A stretch of 64,000 nucleotides of DNA, from assembly GCA_016194635.1 (NCBI GenBank), contig JACQBC010000018.1:2784-66783 (forward strand), given 5' to 3'. This DNA comes from Gammaproteobacteria bacterium (GTDB lineage Bacteria > Pseudomonadota > Gammaproteobacteria > UBA6429 > Thiohalophilaceae). Each line of letters starts with the position of its first letter. Position 1 is the stretch's first letter. The notes beneath the pieces are model-generated. The model was not told the DNA's origin, did no database searches, and worked only from the letters and a program-made list of their open reading frames with translations. This document shows, piece by piece, positions 9,137 through 19,001 of the stretch. Made by a program: the position numbers and the translations under genes.

Positions 9137-9616
9137 TTAGTTGGGCCAGGTCACTTTTTTCTCCGACACAACGCCGTCGCCGAAGCCGTATTGTCTGAGC
9201 GAGTTCGCCCGCATCTGCGCGACGATATAGAGCAGCGGCTCATGTGAGTTATTGCGCCAGGTACGTAAACCGTTGGGCGCGATGCGCACAACCGAACCTT
9301 CCTGCACATCAATTATTTCTCCATCAATCTGCATCTGTCCCCTGCCCTGGATGAAGATATAAATCTCTTCGTTCTCCTGATGTTGATGGTAAAAAGGCAT
9401 GCCTGCGCCTGGCGGCAAAGAGTTGATGGAAATCTCACTGCCTGTGAACCCAACGATGTCCTTTAAGAAATGCTTGCCGTGAATCTCCCCCAATCCAGGA
9501 ATTTCTAGGGAATGATCGGGCCATTCACTTCGCGCCCCGCTCTTATAGGCCGTGAAATTTGTTCCGGTTCGGATTTTGCTTTTGTTACCGTGCATAGTGC
9601 TGTCTGACATTGTCAA
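9137..9616 (-). CDS. Cupin-domain protein
   Basis: Cupin motifs (PFYHQHQENEEIYIFIQG...GSVVRIAP). Confidence 0.65.
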   Translation of the reverse strand: MTMSDSTMHGNKSKIRTGTNFTAYKSGARSEWPDHSLEIPGLGEIHGKHFLKDIVGFTGSEISINSLPPGAGMPFYHQHQENEEIYIFIQGRGQMQIDGEIIDVQEGSVVRIAPNGLRTWRNNSHEPLLYIVAQMRANSLRQYGFGDGVVSEKKVTWPN

Positions 9617-9661
9617 ATCCTTTACCTATTAGTAGGTAGATAATTGGGCTAAAAAAAGAGG

Positions 9662-10228
9662 TCAGCCCTTCCTCAATAAACCTGAAATCAGTAACGACAC
9701 CGTCATATCGAAGGCCGCATGATCACCCGTGGCACGTGCAATTAATAGAGCACCCTGTAACGCGGACAAGAGCATGCGGGCATGATCCGCCGCCGATCCC
9801 GTCAAGACAAAGAGGTGTTGCACGTGTCCCACGGCCAGGATTTCAGTCAACCACTCGGTATTGCGGGCGAAGAAACGTTTAAGACTGGGCAGCAACGCCG
9901 GATCCAGCGTTAGGGACTCGGTCGCAAGCATGCCCCCCAGACACATACGCCCGGACTCCAGAGTACCGTGATAAATTTCCGCATAGGCACGCAATTTCGC
10001 ATTGGCGGGCGAGGGCGCGTTACTGATACGTAGCAGCTCTGCCTCGAGTTGGGCCGTGTACACCTCAACCAGGGTCAGGACAAGATCTGTCTTGGTGGGA
10101 AAATAATGATGCAGGCTCGCCTTGCGAATCCCGACCTCGTCTGCAATATCGGCATAGCTAAAACCATTAAAACCGCGCTGTTGCACCAACCGCTGCGCGC
10201 TTGCCAGTATCTGATCCCGCATTTCCAT
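9662..10228 (-). CDS. TetR/AcrR family transcriptional regulator
   Basis: N-terminal TetR HTH (FNGFSYADIADEVGIRKASLHHYF). Confidence 0.85.
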   Translation of the reverse strand: MEMRDQILASAQRLVQQRGFNGFSYADIADEVGIRKASLHHYFPTKTDLVLTLVEVYTAQLEAELLRISNAPSPANAKLRAYAEIYHGTLESGRMCLGGMLATESLTLDPALLPSLKRFFARNTEWLTEILAVGHVQHLFVLTGSAADHARMLLSALQGALLIARATGDHAAFDMTVSLLISGLLRKG

Positions 10229-10326
10229 GCGGAAATAGTAGGCTACCTAGTAGTAGGATGTCAACCACGGGTACACATTATTGATAGTGGATTGATATAG
10301 TTTTTAAAGCAGCGTATGGGTGTTTC

Positions 10327-10829
10327 TCACCCGCTGAGGCTCACATTCCACGCGGCAATGTCCAACTCCTCGCAATCCGCTGTGGGGCCAATTCTATCCA
10401 CGACGAGAAAATCACTGCTGCGCTCAATCACCAGCAGCGGATGGTGCCAGACCCCAGGCCGGTAATTAATACCTTGCTTGCCGTTGGTTACGAACGCGAC
10501 AAGGTCCTCGGGGCCGGCTGGGACAGGTCCTGCGGGAGCGACGACCAGAAGAAACGGCTGGGCCGATAGGGAGAAAAACGCCTGACTTCCCAGTCGATGG
10601 CGTTCCATGGTTGCAAGCATCACCGGCATTGGACGCGGTTCGGCGCGAAAAATACTCAGCGCCGGTCTGCCTTGCTGCTGGGTGAGATCGAGTGTTGCCA
10701 GATCGTGGTAACGCTCCGCCCAGCCCGCATTTATCTGGAAATGCGGGGTTTTTTCAGTTTCGATAACGTCGCCGAAAGGCGCGAACGCGGCGCGCTGCAG
10801 CGTTTTCGCAATCAATACCCGGCGCATGC
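10327..10829 (-). CDS. allA: Ureidoglycolate lyase
   Basis: Family-typical length (about 165 aa) and motifs (FAPFGDVIE...GINYRPGVWHHPLL). Start set at MRRVLIAK, which overlaps the alc stop. Confidence 0.8.
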
Positions 10830-11861
10830 TGCTGTCCCAGGTTTGCCCCATAGCCGTAGTCGGCTGATGCCGCCATCCGGAAACAGATTGAAGCGGACAT
10901 GGTTGATGATTCCCAAGCCTTCGAGACTGGAAAAATAATGGATGCGGTCGGGCCCCAGGGGTTGCTCCATGAGCAGCGTCGGCCATTGGTAACTTCGTGC
11001 AATCTCGCCTTCACTCACATCAGCCTGCAAATCAATGGCCTGCAACGAAATTCGATGCGGGAAGTTGCCTTTGAAATGGGCGGTGTCGATCTCGATGCGT
11101 TCGACCGTACCCGGTAGGGCGAGGCCCAGAACACACCAGTCATGTCCTGGCTCGCGGCGGCGACGGGTTTCCCATCCGTCACCCATATCGACACCGCGTC
11201 CGGGTAACAATAGGTTGGATACCGTACCGTAATGCGCGTCATTCCAGGCGATGGCGTGTCCGCCGTTGATCAGGGCGACGAGATCGACCAGACCGTCCGG
11301 CGCGTATTCGATACTGCCGGGATCGATTTGGCCGTAGATACGCAGCCGTGCGATGCCGCCGTCCGGAAATATGTTGATCCGCACGTGCGAATAGACGCTG
11401 GCAGCGGCGGCTTGGATTGGCAGCAGGTGGTGGCTATCGGGCCGCAGCGGTGTTTGCGGAATCAAGGTTGTCCAACCCGCGGCATTGTCCGGATCGGCGC
11501 CCGCCGGACAACCATCGAGCGATGCCGAGGGCGGGTAGTTGCCGGTAAAAAAACTGGTGTCGATATCGGCGCCAACCAAGGTGGCGGGCCGTCCCAGTTT
11601 GACGACGCACCAGTCATACCCGCCATCACGACGGCGCCGCGACTCCCATCCATCCATCCACTTGCCGTTCTCGTCGTATTTGTCGGGAATGAAACTCGCC
11701 GCGGGTGCTTGCAGCATGCGCGCGGCGGGCGCGAAAAAATCATCCGAGCAGGAGCGGATACTGGCGCCAAAACGCGGATCGGCGAGATTGATCGTGCGTT
11801 TCGCCCAGTCTGGCAGATCGGGAAGCGACGCATGAAGTACCGGATGATTGGTCAATGGCAT
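10812..11861 (-). CDS. alc: Allantoicase
   Basis: Two allantoicase repeats (DGWETRRRR / DGWESRRRR with HDWC). Start set at MPLTNHPV. Confidence 0.85.
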   Translation of the reverse strand: MPLTNHPVLHASLPDLPDWAKRTINLADPRFGASIRSCSDDFFAPAARMLQAPAASFIPDKYDENGKWMDGWESRRRRDGGYDWCVVKLGRPATLVGADIDTSFFTGNYPPSASLDGCPAGADPDNAAGWTTLIPQTPLRPDSHHLLPIQAAAASVYSHVRINIFPDGGIARLRIYGQIDPGSIEYAPDGLVDLVALINGGHAIAWNDAHYGTVSNLLLPGRGVDMGDGWETRRRREPGHDWCVLGLALPGTVERIEIDTAHFKGNFPHRISLQAIDLQADVSEGEIARSYQWPTLLMEQPLGPDRIHYFSSLEGLGIINHVRFNLFPDGGISRLRLWGKPGTAACAGY

Positions 11862-11871
11862 AGATTCATTT

Positions 11872-13188
11872 TCAGTGGGCTGGATTTGATGCCTGACCCA
11901 GGATATAAGTTTCGGCGATCGCGCGGTCGTCGCCAAGTGTCATCAGCACACACAGCCATTCGCTCAGGTTGTTTGTGCTCCTGCTGCGACGCGCGGTCAA
12001 CGGCGTGGCGTAAGGATCAAGCACGATAAAATCCGCTTCGTTACCGGGCATGAAATTGCCGATCTTGTCGTCAAGACCGAGAATACGGGCTCCGCCCAGG
12101 GTTGCGAGATAGAACGCGCGCAGTGGCGTAAGCCGTTGCTGGCACATTTGCGCCACCTTATACGCTTCGCCCAGGGTGCGCAACATACTGAAACTGGTAC
12201 CACCGCCGACGTCGGTGGCGATGGCGAAGGGCATTCGAGCCGCATCGGCGCGGTCGATATTGAACAGGCCGCTGCCCAAGTACAGATTGGACGTCGGGCA
12301 AAACGCCGCGGCGGCGCCGGACGCGGCCATCCGTCTCACGTCGAGCTCATCCAGATGAATGCAGTGGGCATAAACGGCGCGGTTGCGCAGCAGGCCGTAA
12401 CGATCGTAGACATCGAGATAGCTGCGACTCCACGGAAACAGGCGTCTTACCAGGGCAACTTCGTCGAGATGTTCCGCAAGATGGCTCTGTATATACATAT
12501 CCGGATGCTCACCGGCCAGCTGCGCGATAACATCCAGTTGCGACTCGGTCGAAGTAATAGCGAATCGGGGGGTTATGGCGTAGTTGAGCCGGTATTGTCC
12601 ATCCCATTTTTCAATCAACGCAGACGTGTCGTTATAAGCGCTTTGCGCCGTGTCGCTCAAGTAGCCGGGACAATTGCGATCCATCAGCACCTTACCGCTG
12701 ACCATGCGTAAATTGCGTTTTGCGCAAACACTGAAAAACGCCTCGACCGATGCCTTGTGCACCGTGGGATAAACCAAGGCGGAGGTGGTGCCGTTACGCA
12801 ACAGTTCGTCGCAGAAGAATTCTGCGACTTCTAACGCATGTTCCGCCGCGGCGAATTTCCGTTCGACGGGAAAGGTGTAGTGTTCAAGCCAGTCGAGCAG
12901 CTGCTTGCCGGCAGAGGCGATGACATCGGTTTGCGCGTAATGGATATGTGTGTCGACAAAGCCGGGAAGGATCAGTCGATCCCGGTGTGTAACGATGGTT
13001 GTCGCTGGCGGCAACGTCGGCAACATCTCGGCTGCTGGGCCAATGCCGGCGATTAAACCGTTATTGACCAGTAACAGGCCGTCATCGAAATACTCAAACG
13101 AAGCGGGGCTGTCGTGGTCACCTGGATCGGAAATGAAGTGCAGGATGCGGGCGCGGAAAGCGGAAAGTCCTGTTTCAAGGTGTGTCAT
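11872..13188 (-). CDS. guaD: Guanine deaminase (amidohydrolase superfamily)
   Basis: PGFVDTHIHYAQ metal-binding motif and the overall GuaD-like layout. Confidence 0.85.
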   Translation of the reverse strand: MTHLETGLSAFRARILHFISDPGDHDSPASFEYFDDGLLLVNNGLIAGIGPAAEMLPTLPPATTIVTHRDRLILPGFVDTHIHYAQTDVIASAGKQLLDWLEHYTFPVERKFAAAEHALEVAEFFCDELLRNGTTSALVYPTVHKASVEAFFSVCAKRNLRMVSGKVLMDRNCPGYLSDTAQSAYNDTSALIEKWDGQYRLNYAITPRFAITSTESQLDVIAQLAGEHPDMYIQSHLAEHLDEVALVRRLFPWSRSYLDVYDRYGLLRNRAVYAHCIHLDELDVRRMAASGAAAAFCPTSNLYLGSGLFNIDRADAARMPFAIATDVGGGTSFSMLRTLGEAYKVAQMCQQRLTPLRAFYLATLGGARILGLDDKIGNFMPGNEADFIVLDPYATPLTARRSRSTNNLSEWLCVLMTLGDDRAIAETYILGQASNPAH

Positions 13189-13197
13189 GACGGAAGC

Positions 13198-14403
13198 TCA
13201 GCGCCTCGCGCCCGCATCGATCCAGGCAACGACCGCGGCGCGTTCTGCATCGGTCATCTGCGTCAGATTTCCAATCGGCATGGTCTTGGCTAGCAGTTGC
13301 TGACGTATCTGGGCGGTCCGTGCCAGGATCTGCTCGGGCGTGTCGAGCAACACGCCCTTGGGCGCGCGGTTGAAACCCGGTTGCGAGGGAATGGCGGCAT
13401 GGCATTGCGCACAACGTTGTTTGACAACCGTCTGTACGTACACGAAATCGATATCACTCGCGGCATTTTTTCCTGCCCGTCGTTGTGTCGGCATCAAGGC
13501 GAAGGCGACAGCGGCGAGGGCGGCCAGGCCCAAAACCAGCGGTGCGGGTGATGTCGATCCGGTTATGCGCCGCTTGTGGCGGGCCACAAACCAGACGCGA
13601 ATCGCCGCGCCGGCAACTGACATTGCGATCAACACCAGCCAGTTGTGGTCGCTGCCATAGGTCATCGCGGAATGATTGCTGATCATCGTGAACAGCACCG
13701 GCAGCGTAAAATAGGTGTTATGCACCGAGCGTTGTGTGCCACGCTGACCGTGTAGTGGATCAGGATTTGTGCCTAGCTGCTTGGCCCTCACCAGTTGGCG
13801 CTGCCCCGGGATGATGACGAAGAATACGTTGGCCACCATGATCGTACCGAGCATGGCCCCGAAATGGATGAAGGCGCCGCGACCACTGAAAATATGACAC
13901 AAGCCGTAAGCGGCGACGGCAAGCAACAGCGCTATGCTGCCGACCAGCAGACGTGGCTGTTGGCCCAGCGCGGAGACACAGAGACGATCATAAACAAGCC
14001 AGCCACAAATCAATGCCGCCAGTCCGATGCCGATGGCCAAGGCCGGACTGATATTGGCGACACTGCGGTCGATCAGATAGACGTCGGCGGTGGCGTAATA
14101 CACGACACACAACATGAACATGCCCGACAGCCAGGTAGCATAGGCTTCCCATTTAAACCAGTGCAGGGTTGCCGGCAGCACAGGCGGCGCAACGGCGTAC
14201 TTGTGCGCATTATAGAAACCGCCGCCATGCACTGCCCACAACTCACCGCGAACACCTTTGTTGCGCAGCTGATCATCCTCGGACGGCAACAAGTGATTGT
14301 CGAGCCAGACAAAATAGAACGAGGCGCCGATCCAGGCAACACCCGCAATCAAGTGTAACCAACGCCCTAGCAAGTTCATCCATTCAAAGAGATAGGCTTG
14401 CAT
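13198..14403 (-). CDS. puuD: Urate hydroxylase PuuD (integral membrane cytochrome c)
   Basis: Polytopic membrane N-terminal region (MQAYLFEWMNLLGRWLHLIAG..) plus a C-terminal CAQCH heme c motif. Sits within the purine cluster. Confidence 0.8.
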   Translation of the reverse strand: MQAYLFEWMNLLGRWLHLIAGVAWIGASFYFVWLDNHLLPSEDDQLRNKGVRGELWAVHGGGFYNAHKYAVAPPVLPATLHWFKWEAYATWLSGMFMLCVVYYATADVYLIDRSVANISPALAIGIGLAALICGWLVYDRLCVSALGQQPRLLVGSIALLLAVAAYGLCHIFSGRGAFIHFGAMLGTIMVANVFFVIIPGQRQLVRAKQLGTNPDPLHGQRGTQRSVHNTYFTLPVLFTMISNHSAMTYGSDHNWLVLIAMSVAGAAIRVWFVARHKRRITGSTSPAPLVLGLAALAAVAFALMPTQRRAGKNAASDIDFVYVQTVVKQRCAQCHAAIPSQPGFNRAPKGVLLDTPEQILARTAQIRQQLLAKTMPIGNLTQMTDAERAAVVAWIDAGARR

Positions 14404-14415
14404 GGTTTATCGGCG

Positions 14416-15336
14416 TCAGGCGGTGGGGTGAAAGTTGCGGCCAAGCGAGGCCGGCTGATTGAGCAGGATGGTTTTCGGGTTACGGCAGATCAGCACCAGC
14501 ACGACGATGGTCGCGACATAAGGCAGCATGGAAAGGAATTCGGACGGGATGGAAAAGCCGAAGCCCTGGGCGTGCAGCTGCATCACCGTCACGCCACCAA
14601 ACAACAACGCGCCCAGCACCACACGTAACGGCTTCCAGGTGCCAAAAACCACCAACGCCAGCGCTATCCAACCTTTGCCCGCCGTCATGCCTTCCACCCA
14701 CATGGGGGTCTGCGCCAGCGAGAGATACGCACCGGCCAGTCCGGCGCTGGCGCCGCCGAACATCACGGCGTAATAACGCACGGCTAATACCGGGTAGCCA
14801 ATCGAATGCGCGACCGAGGGCGATTCACCGATAGCCCGCATCTTGAGTCCAGCATGGCTGCGGGTAAGAAACCACTGCACGGCGAAGATCAAGGGTATAC
14901 ACAGGTACACCATGACGTCGTAGTTGAACAACAACGGGCCGATTACCGGAAGATCAGTCAACCCCGGCAGATGCAAATCCGGCAGTGACGGAATCGGCAT
15001 GCCGGCGTAATCGTGGCCGACAAAGGCCGAAAAACCAATACCGAACAGCGTCAATGCCAACCCGGTTGCAACCTGATTGGTTTGCAGGCTTAGGGTGAGA
15101 ACCGCGAATATCAGCGACATTGCGATCCCGGCGATGGCCGCCGCAATCAAACCGAGCGTCAGACTGCCGGTTTTGATGCCCACAGCAAACCCGGTCACGG
15201 CGCCGACCAGCATCATGCCCTCAACACCGAGGTTAAGCATGCCGGCCTTTTCCGTTACCGTCTCGCCAAGCGCCGCATAAATCAGTGGTGTTGCCGCAAA
15301 TACAGTGCTGGTGATCACCGCAACCATGGAGTTCAT
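14416..15336 (-). CDS. ABC transporter permease (BMP/nucleoside-type, second subunit)
   Basis: Polytopic permease. Overlaps the neighbouring permease by 4 nt. Confidence 0.8.
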   Translation of the reverse strand: MNSMVAVITSTVFAATPLIYAALGETVTEKAGMLNLGVEGMMLVGAVTGFAVGIKTGSLTLGLIAAAIAGIAMSLIFAVLTLSLQTNQVATGLALTLFGIGFSAFVGHDYAGMPIPSLPDLHLPGLTDLPVIGPLLFNYDVMVYLCIPLIFAVQWFLTRSHAGLKMRAIGESPSVAHSIGYPVLAVRYYAVMFGGASAGLAGAYLSLAQTPMWVEGMTAGKGWIALALVVFGTWKPLRVVLGALLFGGVTVMQLHAQGFGFSIPSEFLSMLPYVATIVVLVLICRNPKTILLNQPASLGRNFHPTA

Positions 15337-16472
15337 ACGCCAGCCTCGGTGGACGATGGCGCAGCGTTGGGCGGCGTTGCGGTAGCCGTGTTTCGCAACC
15401 GGTAATTGATGAAGATGTCCGCCGCAAGCAGATAAAACAGCAATACGCCTTGAAACAACCCGGTGACAGCGGAAGGTAATGCGAGTTGCATCTGCGCGGC
15501 TTCACCCCCCAGGTATAACAAGGACATGAGCAGACCGCCGAGCACGACGCCAAGCGGATGCAACCGGCCAACCCAAGCGACGATAATCGCCGCGAAACCG
15601 TAACCCGGCGAGATCGATGCCTGCAGCTGTCCGATCGGCCCGGCGACTTCGCATACGCCCGCCAGCCCGGCACTGGCGCCACTGAGCAACATCACTAACC
15701 AGACGTTACGTTTTTCGCTAAATCCGGCATAGGCCGCCGCCGCCGGCGCCAAACCGGCGACCTGCAGGCGGAAACCGGCAAAGGTTTTCTCCGAAAAAAA
15801 CCACGAAGCCCCCGCCAGCACCAGCGCCAACACCAACGACCCGTTGACGCGCGTCTGCTGAATCAGCATGGGCAGCAGTTCGGCTTCACCGAACGCTTTG
15901 GATTGGGGAAAATTGTATCCGGCCGGATCGCGCCACGGACCGTGTACCAGATAGGAAAGCAGCAGTTGCGCGATGTAGACCAACATCAGGCTGACGAGAA
16001 TCTCATTGGTATGAAAACGGTTGCGTAGCCAGGCCGGGATCGCGCCCCATGCCGCGCCACCCAGCGCCCCCGCCAGCAACATCAATGGTAAAGCAAACAG
16101 ACTGGTGCTATCGCCCAGCCAGAGCGCAACTCCCCCACCGGTAATCGCGCCTAGCGTTAGGTGTCCTTCAGCGCCGATGTTCCAGACGTTGGCGCGATAA
16201 CACAAGGCCAGACCGAGTCCGCACAGAATCAGCGGCGACGCCTTGAGCAGCAGTTCGCCAAAACCATAGCTGGTATTGATCGGCTTGATAAAAAATACAT
16301 AAAAAGCCTGCGCTGGATCCTTGCCTAACAAGGTAAATACGACAAAGCCGGTTACCAACATTGCCACGGCCGCAAGCAGCGGCGATACAACCCGCATCAC
16401 GGCGGAAGGCTGCGGACGTTTCTCAAGCCGGTACAAGTTCGTTCTCCTCGCGTTCCGATTCAATAGTGTCAA
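15333..16472 (-). CDS. ABC transporter permease (BMP/nucleoside-type, first subunit)
   Basis: Polytopic permease. The true start may be the internal MRVVSP, since the long ORF overlaps the ATPase 3' end. Confidence 0.75.
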   Translation of the reverse strand: MTLLNRNARRTNLYRLEKRPQPSAVMRVVSPLLAAVAMLVTGFVVFTLLGKDPAQAFYVFFIKPINTSYGFGELLLKASPLILCGLGLALCYRANVWNIGAEGHLTLGAITGGGVALWLGDSTSLFALPLMLLAGALGGAAWGAIPAWLRNRFHTNEILVSLMLVYIAQLLLSYLVHGPWRDPAGYNFPQSKAFGEAELLPMLIQQTRVNGSLVLALVLAGASWFFSEKTFAGFRLQVAGLAPAAAAYAGFSEKRNVWLVMLLSGASAGLAGVCEVAGPIGQLQASISPGYGFAAIIVAWVGRLHPLGVVLGGLLMSLLYLGGEAAQMQLALPSAVTGLFQGVLLFYLLAADIFINYRLRNTATATPPNAAPSSTEAGV

Positions 16473-17973
16473 ATTGACCGCTCATCCATTGCCCAATTTG
16501 CTCAACGCTGGTGTCCGATAGCAGAACCGGTTGCGACAAGCGTCCTTGCGCAAGGACGGCGATACGATCACTTATCATGAACAACTCCTCCAGTTCTTCA
16601 GAAATAACCAGCACCGCCACCCCACGATTACGCAGATCGATCAACGCCTGCCTGATCAGCATTGAGGCACCGACATCAACCCCCCAAGTGGGTTGCGCAA
16701 CGATGATGGCGCGTGGTTGCAACAGCGTCTCGCGGCCGACGATGTACTTCTGTAGATTGCCACCGGAAAGACTGGAGGCGGCTGAGTATTCTTGGTTGCA
16801 CTTGACCTTGAATAGATCAATCACATTGCGGGCAAATGCCCGCATGATCGCCTTGCGGACAATACCAGAACGTAACATGCCGCGCCGCGACCCAGTCAAC
16901 AACGCGTTATAGCTGAGACTCATCGGTGGTACAGCACCACGACCCAGGCGCTCCTCCGGCACGAAGCTCAAACCAAGATGGCGGCGCTGGGCCGGATTCA
17001 GTCTGCCCGCGGGGTGTCCATCGATCAGCACGCTCTGCGGCTGCGCGACTATGGTTTCGCCGGACAGCGCGGCAAGCAGTTCCTTCTGCCCGTTGCCGGA
17101 TACCCCCGCAATGCCGACGATTTCTCCGCTATGCACGGCAAGATTGATGTCCTTCAATGTGGTGCCGAACGGATCTTCGGTCCTAAGCGAAAGTCGCTGT
17201 ATGCCTATCCTGACTTCTCCGATCGTGTTTTCCATCAGCCGGCATTCCGGTAAATCCGCGCCGATCATCATGCGCGCCAAACTTTGGTTCGATTCTTTTG
17301 CCGGAATCGCCCTGCCGCTGACACGCCCGCCGCGCAGGACTGTTGCGGTGTCACACAACGCACGGATTTCGTCGAGTTTGTGGCTGATGTACAAAATGCT
17401 ACACCCTTCAGCAGACAGGCGCCGCAGCGTTTCAAACAGGGTCAACACCGCTTGCGGCGTTAATACCGACGTCGGCTCGTCCATGATCAGCAACTTTGGT
17501 GTCTGCAGCAGGCAGCGCACGATTTCGACGCGTTGCCGCTCGCCCACCGACATGCTGTGCACCAGACGCCGTGGATCGATGGGCAGGCCATAACGCACCG
17601 AGACGTCACGAATCTGCTCCGCCAACAAGACGGGCTTGATCCGTCGATCCAGCGCGAGCGCGATATTCTCGGCCACCGTCAGCGTCTCGAATAATGAGAA
17701 GTGCTGGAACACCATGCCGATGCCCAGGCGGCGCGCTTCGGCCGGACTATTGATGTTTTGGTAACGGTTTTCCCACAGAATCGTGCCGGCGTCCGGCTTG
17801 GTGACGCCGTAGACGATTTTCATCAGCGTGCTTTTGCCGGCGCCATTTTCACCCAACAGGGCATGAATTTCTCCGGGAAATACCTTGAGACTGATCCCGT
17901 CGTTGGCGACGACGCCGGGATAACGCTTGCTGATGTCTGTTAGGGCCAGTCGTGGTGAGATCACGCCCGTCAT
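16423..17973 (-). CDS. ABC transporter ATP-binding protein with two ATPase domains
   Basis: Walker A GENGAGKST in domain 1, and LSGG signature motifs (LSGGNLQK) in both domains. Typical of sugar/nucleoside importer ATPases. Confidence 0.9.
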   Translation of the reverse strand: MTGVISPRLALTDISKRYPGVVANDGISLKVFPGEIHALLGENGAGKSTLMKIVYGVTKPDAGTILWENRYQNINSPAEARRLGIGMVFQHFSLFETLTVAENIALALDRRIKPVLLAEQIRDVSVRYGLPIDPRRLVHSMSVGERQRVEIVRCLLQTPKLLIMDEPTSVLTPQAVLTLFETLRRLSAEGCSILYISHKLDEIRALCDTATVLRGGRVSGRAIPAKESNQSLARMMIGADLPECRLMENTIGEVRIGIQRLSLRTEDPFGTTLKDINLAVHSGEIVGIAGVSGNGQKELLAALSGETIVAQPQSVLIDGHPAGRLNPAQRRHLGLSFVPEERLGRGAVPPMSLSYNALLTGSRRGMLRSGIVRKAIMRAFARNVIDLFKVKCNQEYSAASSLSGGNLQKYIVGRETLLQPRAIIVAQPTWGVDVGASMLIRQALIDLRNRGVAVLVISEELEELFMISDRIAVLAQGRLSQPVLLSDTSVEQIGQWMSGQFDTIESEREENELVPA

Positions 17974-19001
17974 GCGCTTTTAGCCCCGTGTTGTAACGCG
18001 TGTGACGTTAGCGATCCGGCCCTGCGCTGTTCGATCAGACCGAGCAATTGCGCCGTCGTCGACAGCGCGATCGCCGCGGGCAGCTTGCTAGAAATCGTGG
18101 CCAAGCCGATTGGGCAGGTCAATCGTGCGAGACGTTGCGCGGTGATGCCTTGGCGTTTCAGCCGCTGAGTGAAACGCGCCGCCTTGGTCCGCGAGCCGAT
18201 CAGGCCCAGCCAGGCAAAATCGGCCCGCGTTAGAAGGGCGCAACAGAGGTCGTAGTCGAGATCGTGGCTGTGCGTCATCACCAGAAACCAAGTGTCCGGC
18301 GGCGATCCACGCGCGGCCGCGACCGGATCATCCGTGCACAACGGCGTGACGTTGCTGGACAGCGTGGCGGGAAACATCTGCGGACGGCTATCGATCCACG
18401 TGATGCGCAAGGGTAGATCCGCCAACAGCTTCACCAGTGCCTTGCCAACATGGCCCGCACCAAATAGCCAGAGTTGTTGCTGCGTCGACGCGATGGGTTC
18501 GATCAATACAACGCTATCATTGCGGGTGATCAGCAAGGCCCTGTCCTGCACGGCAAAATCCGCGGGCAAAATCAATCCGTCCGGCAGGCAATCGGCGTCA
18601 ACCAGAAGGCGTTCCAAGGTTAACCCAAATACCGTCAACAGCAGCGAGTCAGGCTTGCGCCGCGCCAGTGTGTTGACGACGAAGTCGGCCGCGGAACTGT
18701 CGTAGCGCTCGAACCACACCTCCACGCTGCCGCCGCAGCATTGCCCGAGTTTTTCGCCCAGCGCAAAGCGCTCCAAACGCACCGCCGGTTGCTGTGGGTG
18801 TGTCAACAGCGTGCGGGCGATGGCAAGCGCCTGCCATTCCAAATGACCGCCGCCGATGCTGCCCTCGAACTGTGTAGCGCCTACTAACATCGTGGTTCCC
18901 ACGGCGCGGGGTGAGGAACCATGAACGCTAGCTACGACCACGCGCACCATCGGTGTATCCGACAACAGATGAGAACTCAAGGCGGCGAGCCAGTCATTCA
19001 T
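17970..19001 (-). CDS. xdhC: Xanthine dehydrogenase accessory protein XdhC
   Basis: XdhC/CoxI family N-terminal region and a Rossmann-like C-terminal region. Overlaps the ATPase and xdhB by 4 nt. Confidence 0.85.
   Translation of the reverse strand: MNDWLAALSSHLLSDTPMVRVVVASVHGSSPRAVGTTMLVGATQFEGSIGGGHLEWQALAIARTLLTHPQQPAVRLERFALGEKLGQCCGGSVEVWFERYDSSAADFVVNTLARRKPDSLLLTVFGLTLERLLVDADCLPDGLILPADFAVQDRALLITRNDSVVLIEPIASTQQQLWLFGAGHVGKALVKLLADLPLRITWIDSRPQMFPATLSSNVTPLCTDDPVAAARGSPPDTWFLVMTHSHDLDYDLCCALLTRADFAWLGLIGSRTKAARFTQRLKRQGITAQRLARLTCPIGLATISSKLPAAIALSTTAQLLGLIEQRRAGSLTSHALQHGAKSA

Noticed and set aside
11232-12029. Long ORFs on the antisense strand of alc/guaD (265 aa). Similar cases at 20294-21445 (antisense of xdhB), 28190-28861 and 30160-30837.
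   Set aside because: Typical stop-poor antisense frames in high-GC DNA. The translations are Arg/Ala/Gly-rich with no domain signal, while the sense frames encode clearly recognisable enzymes.
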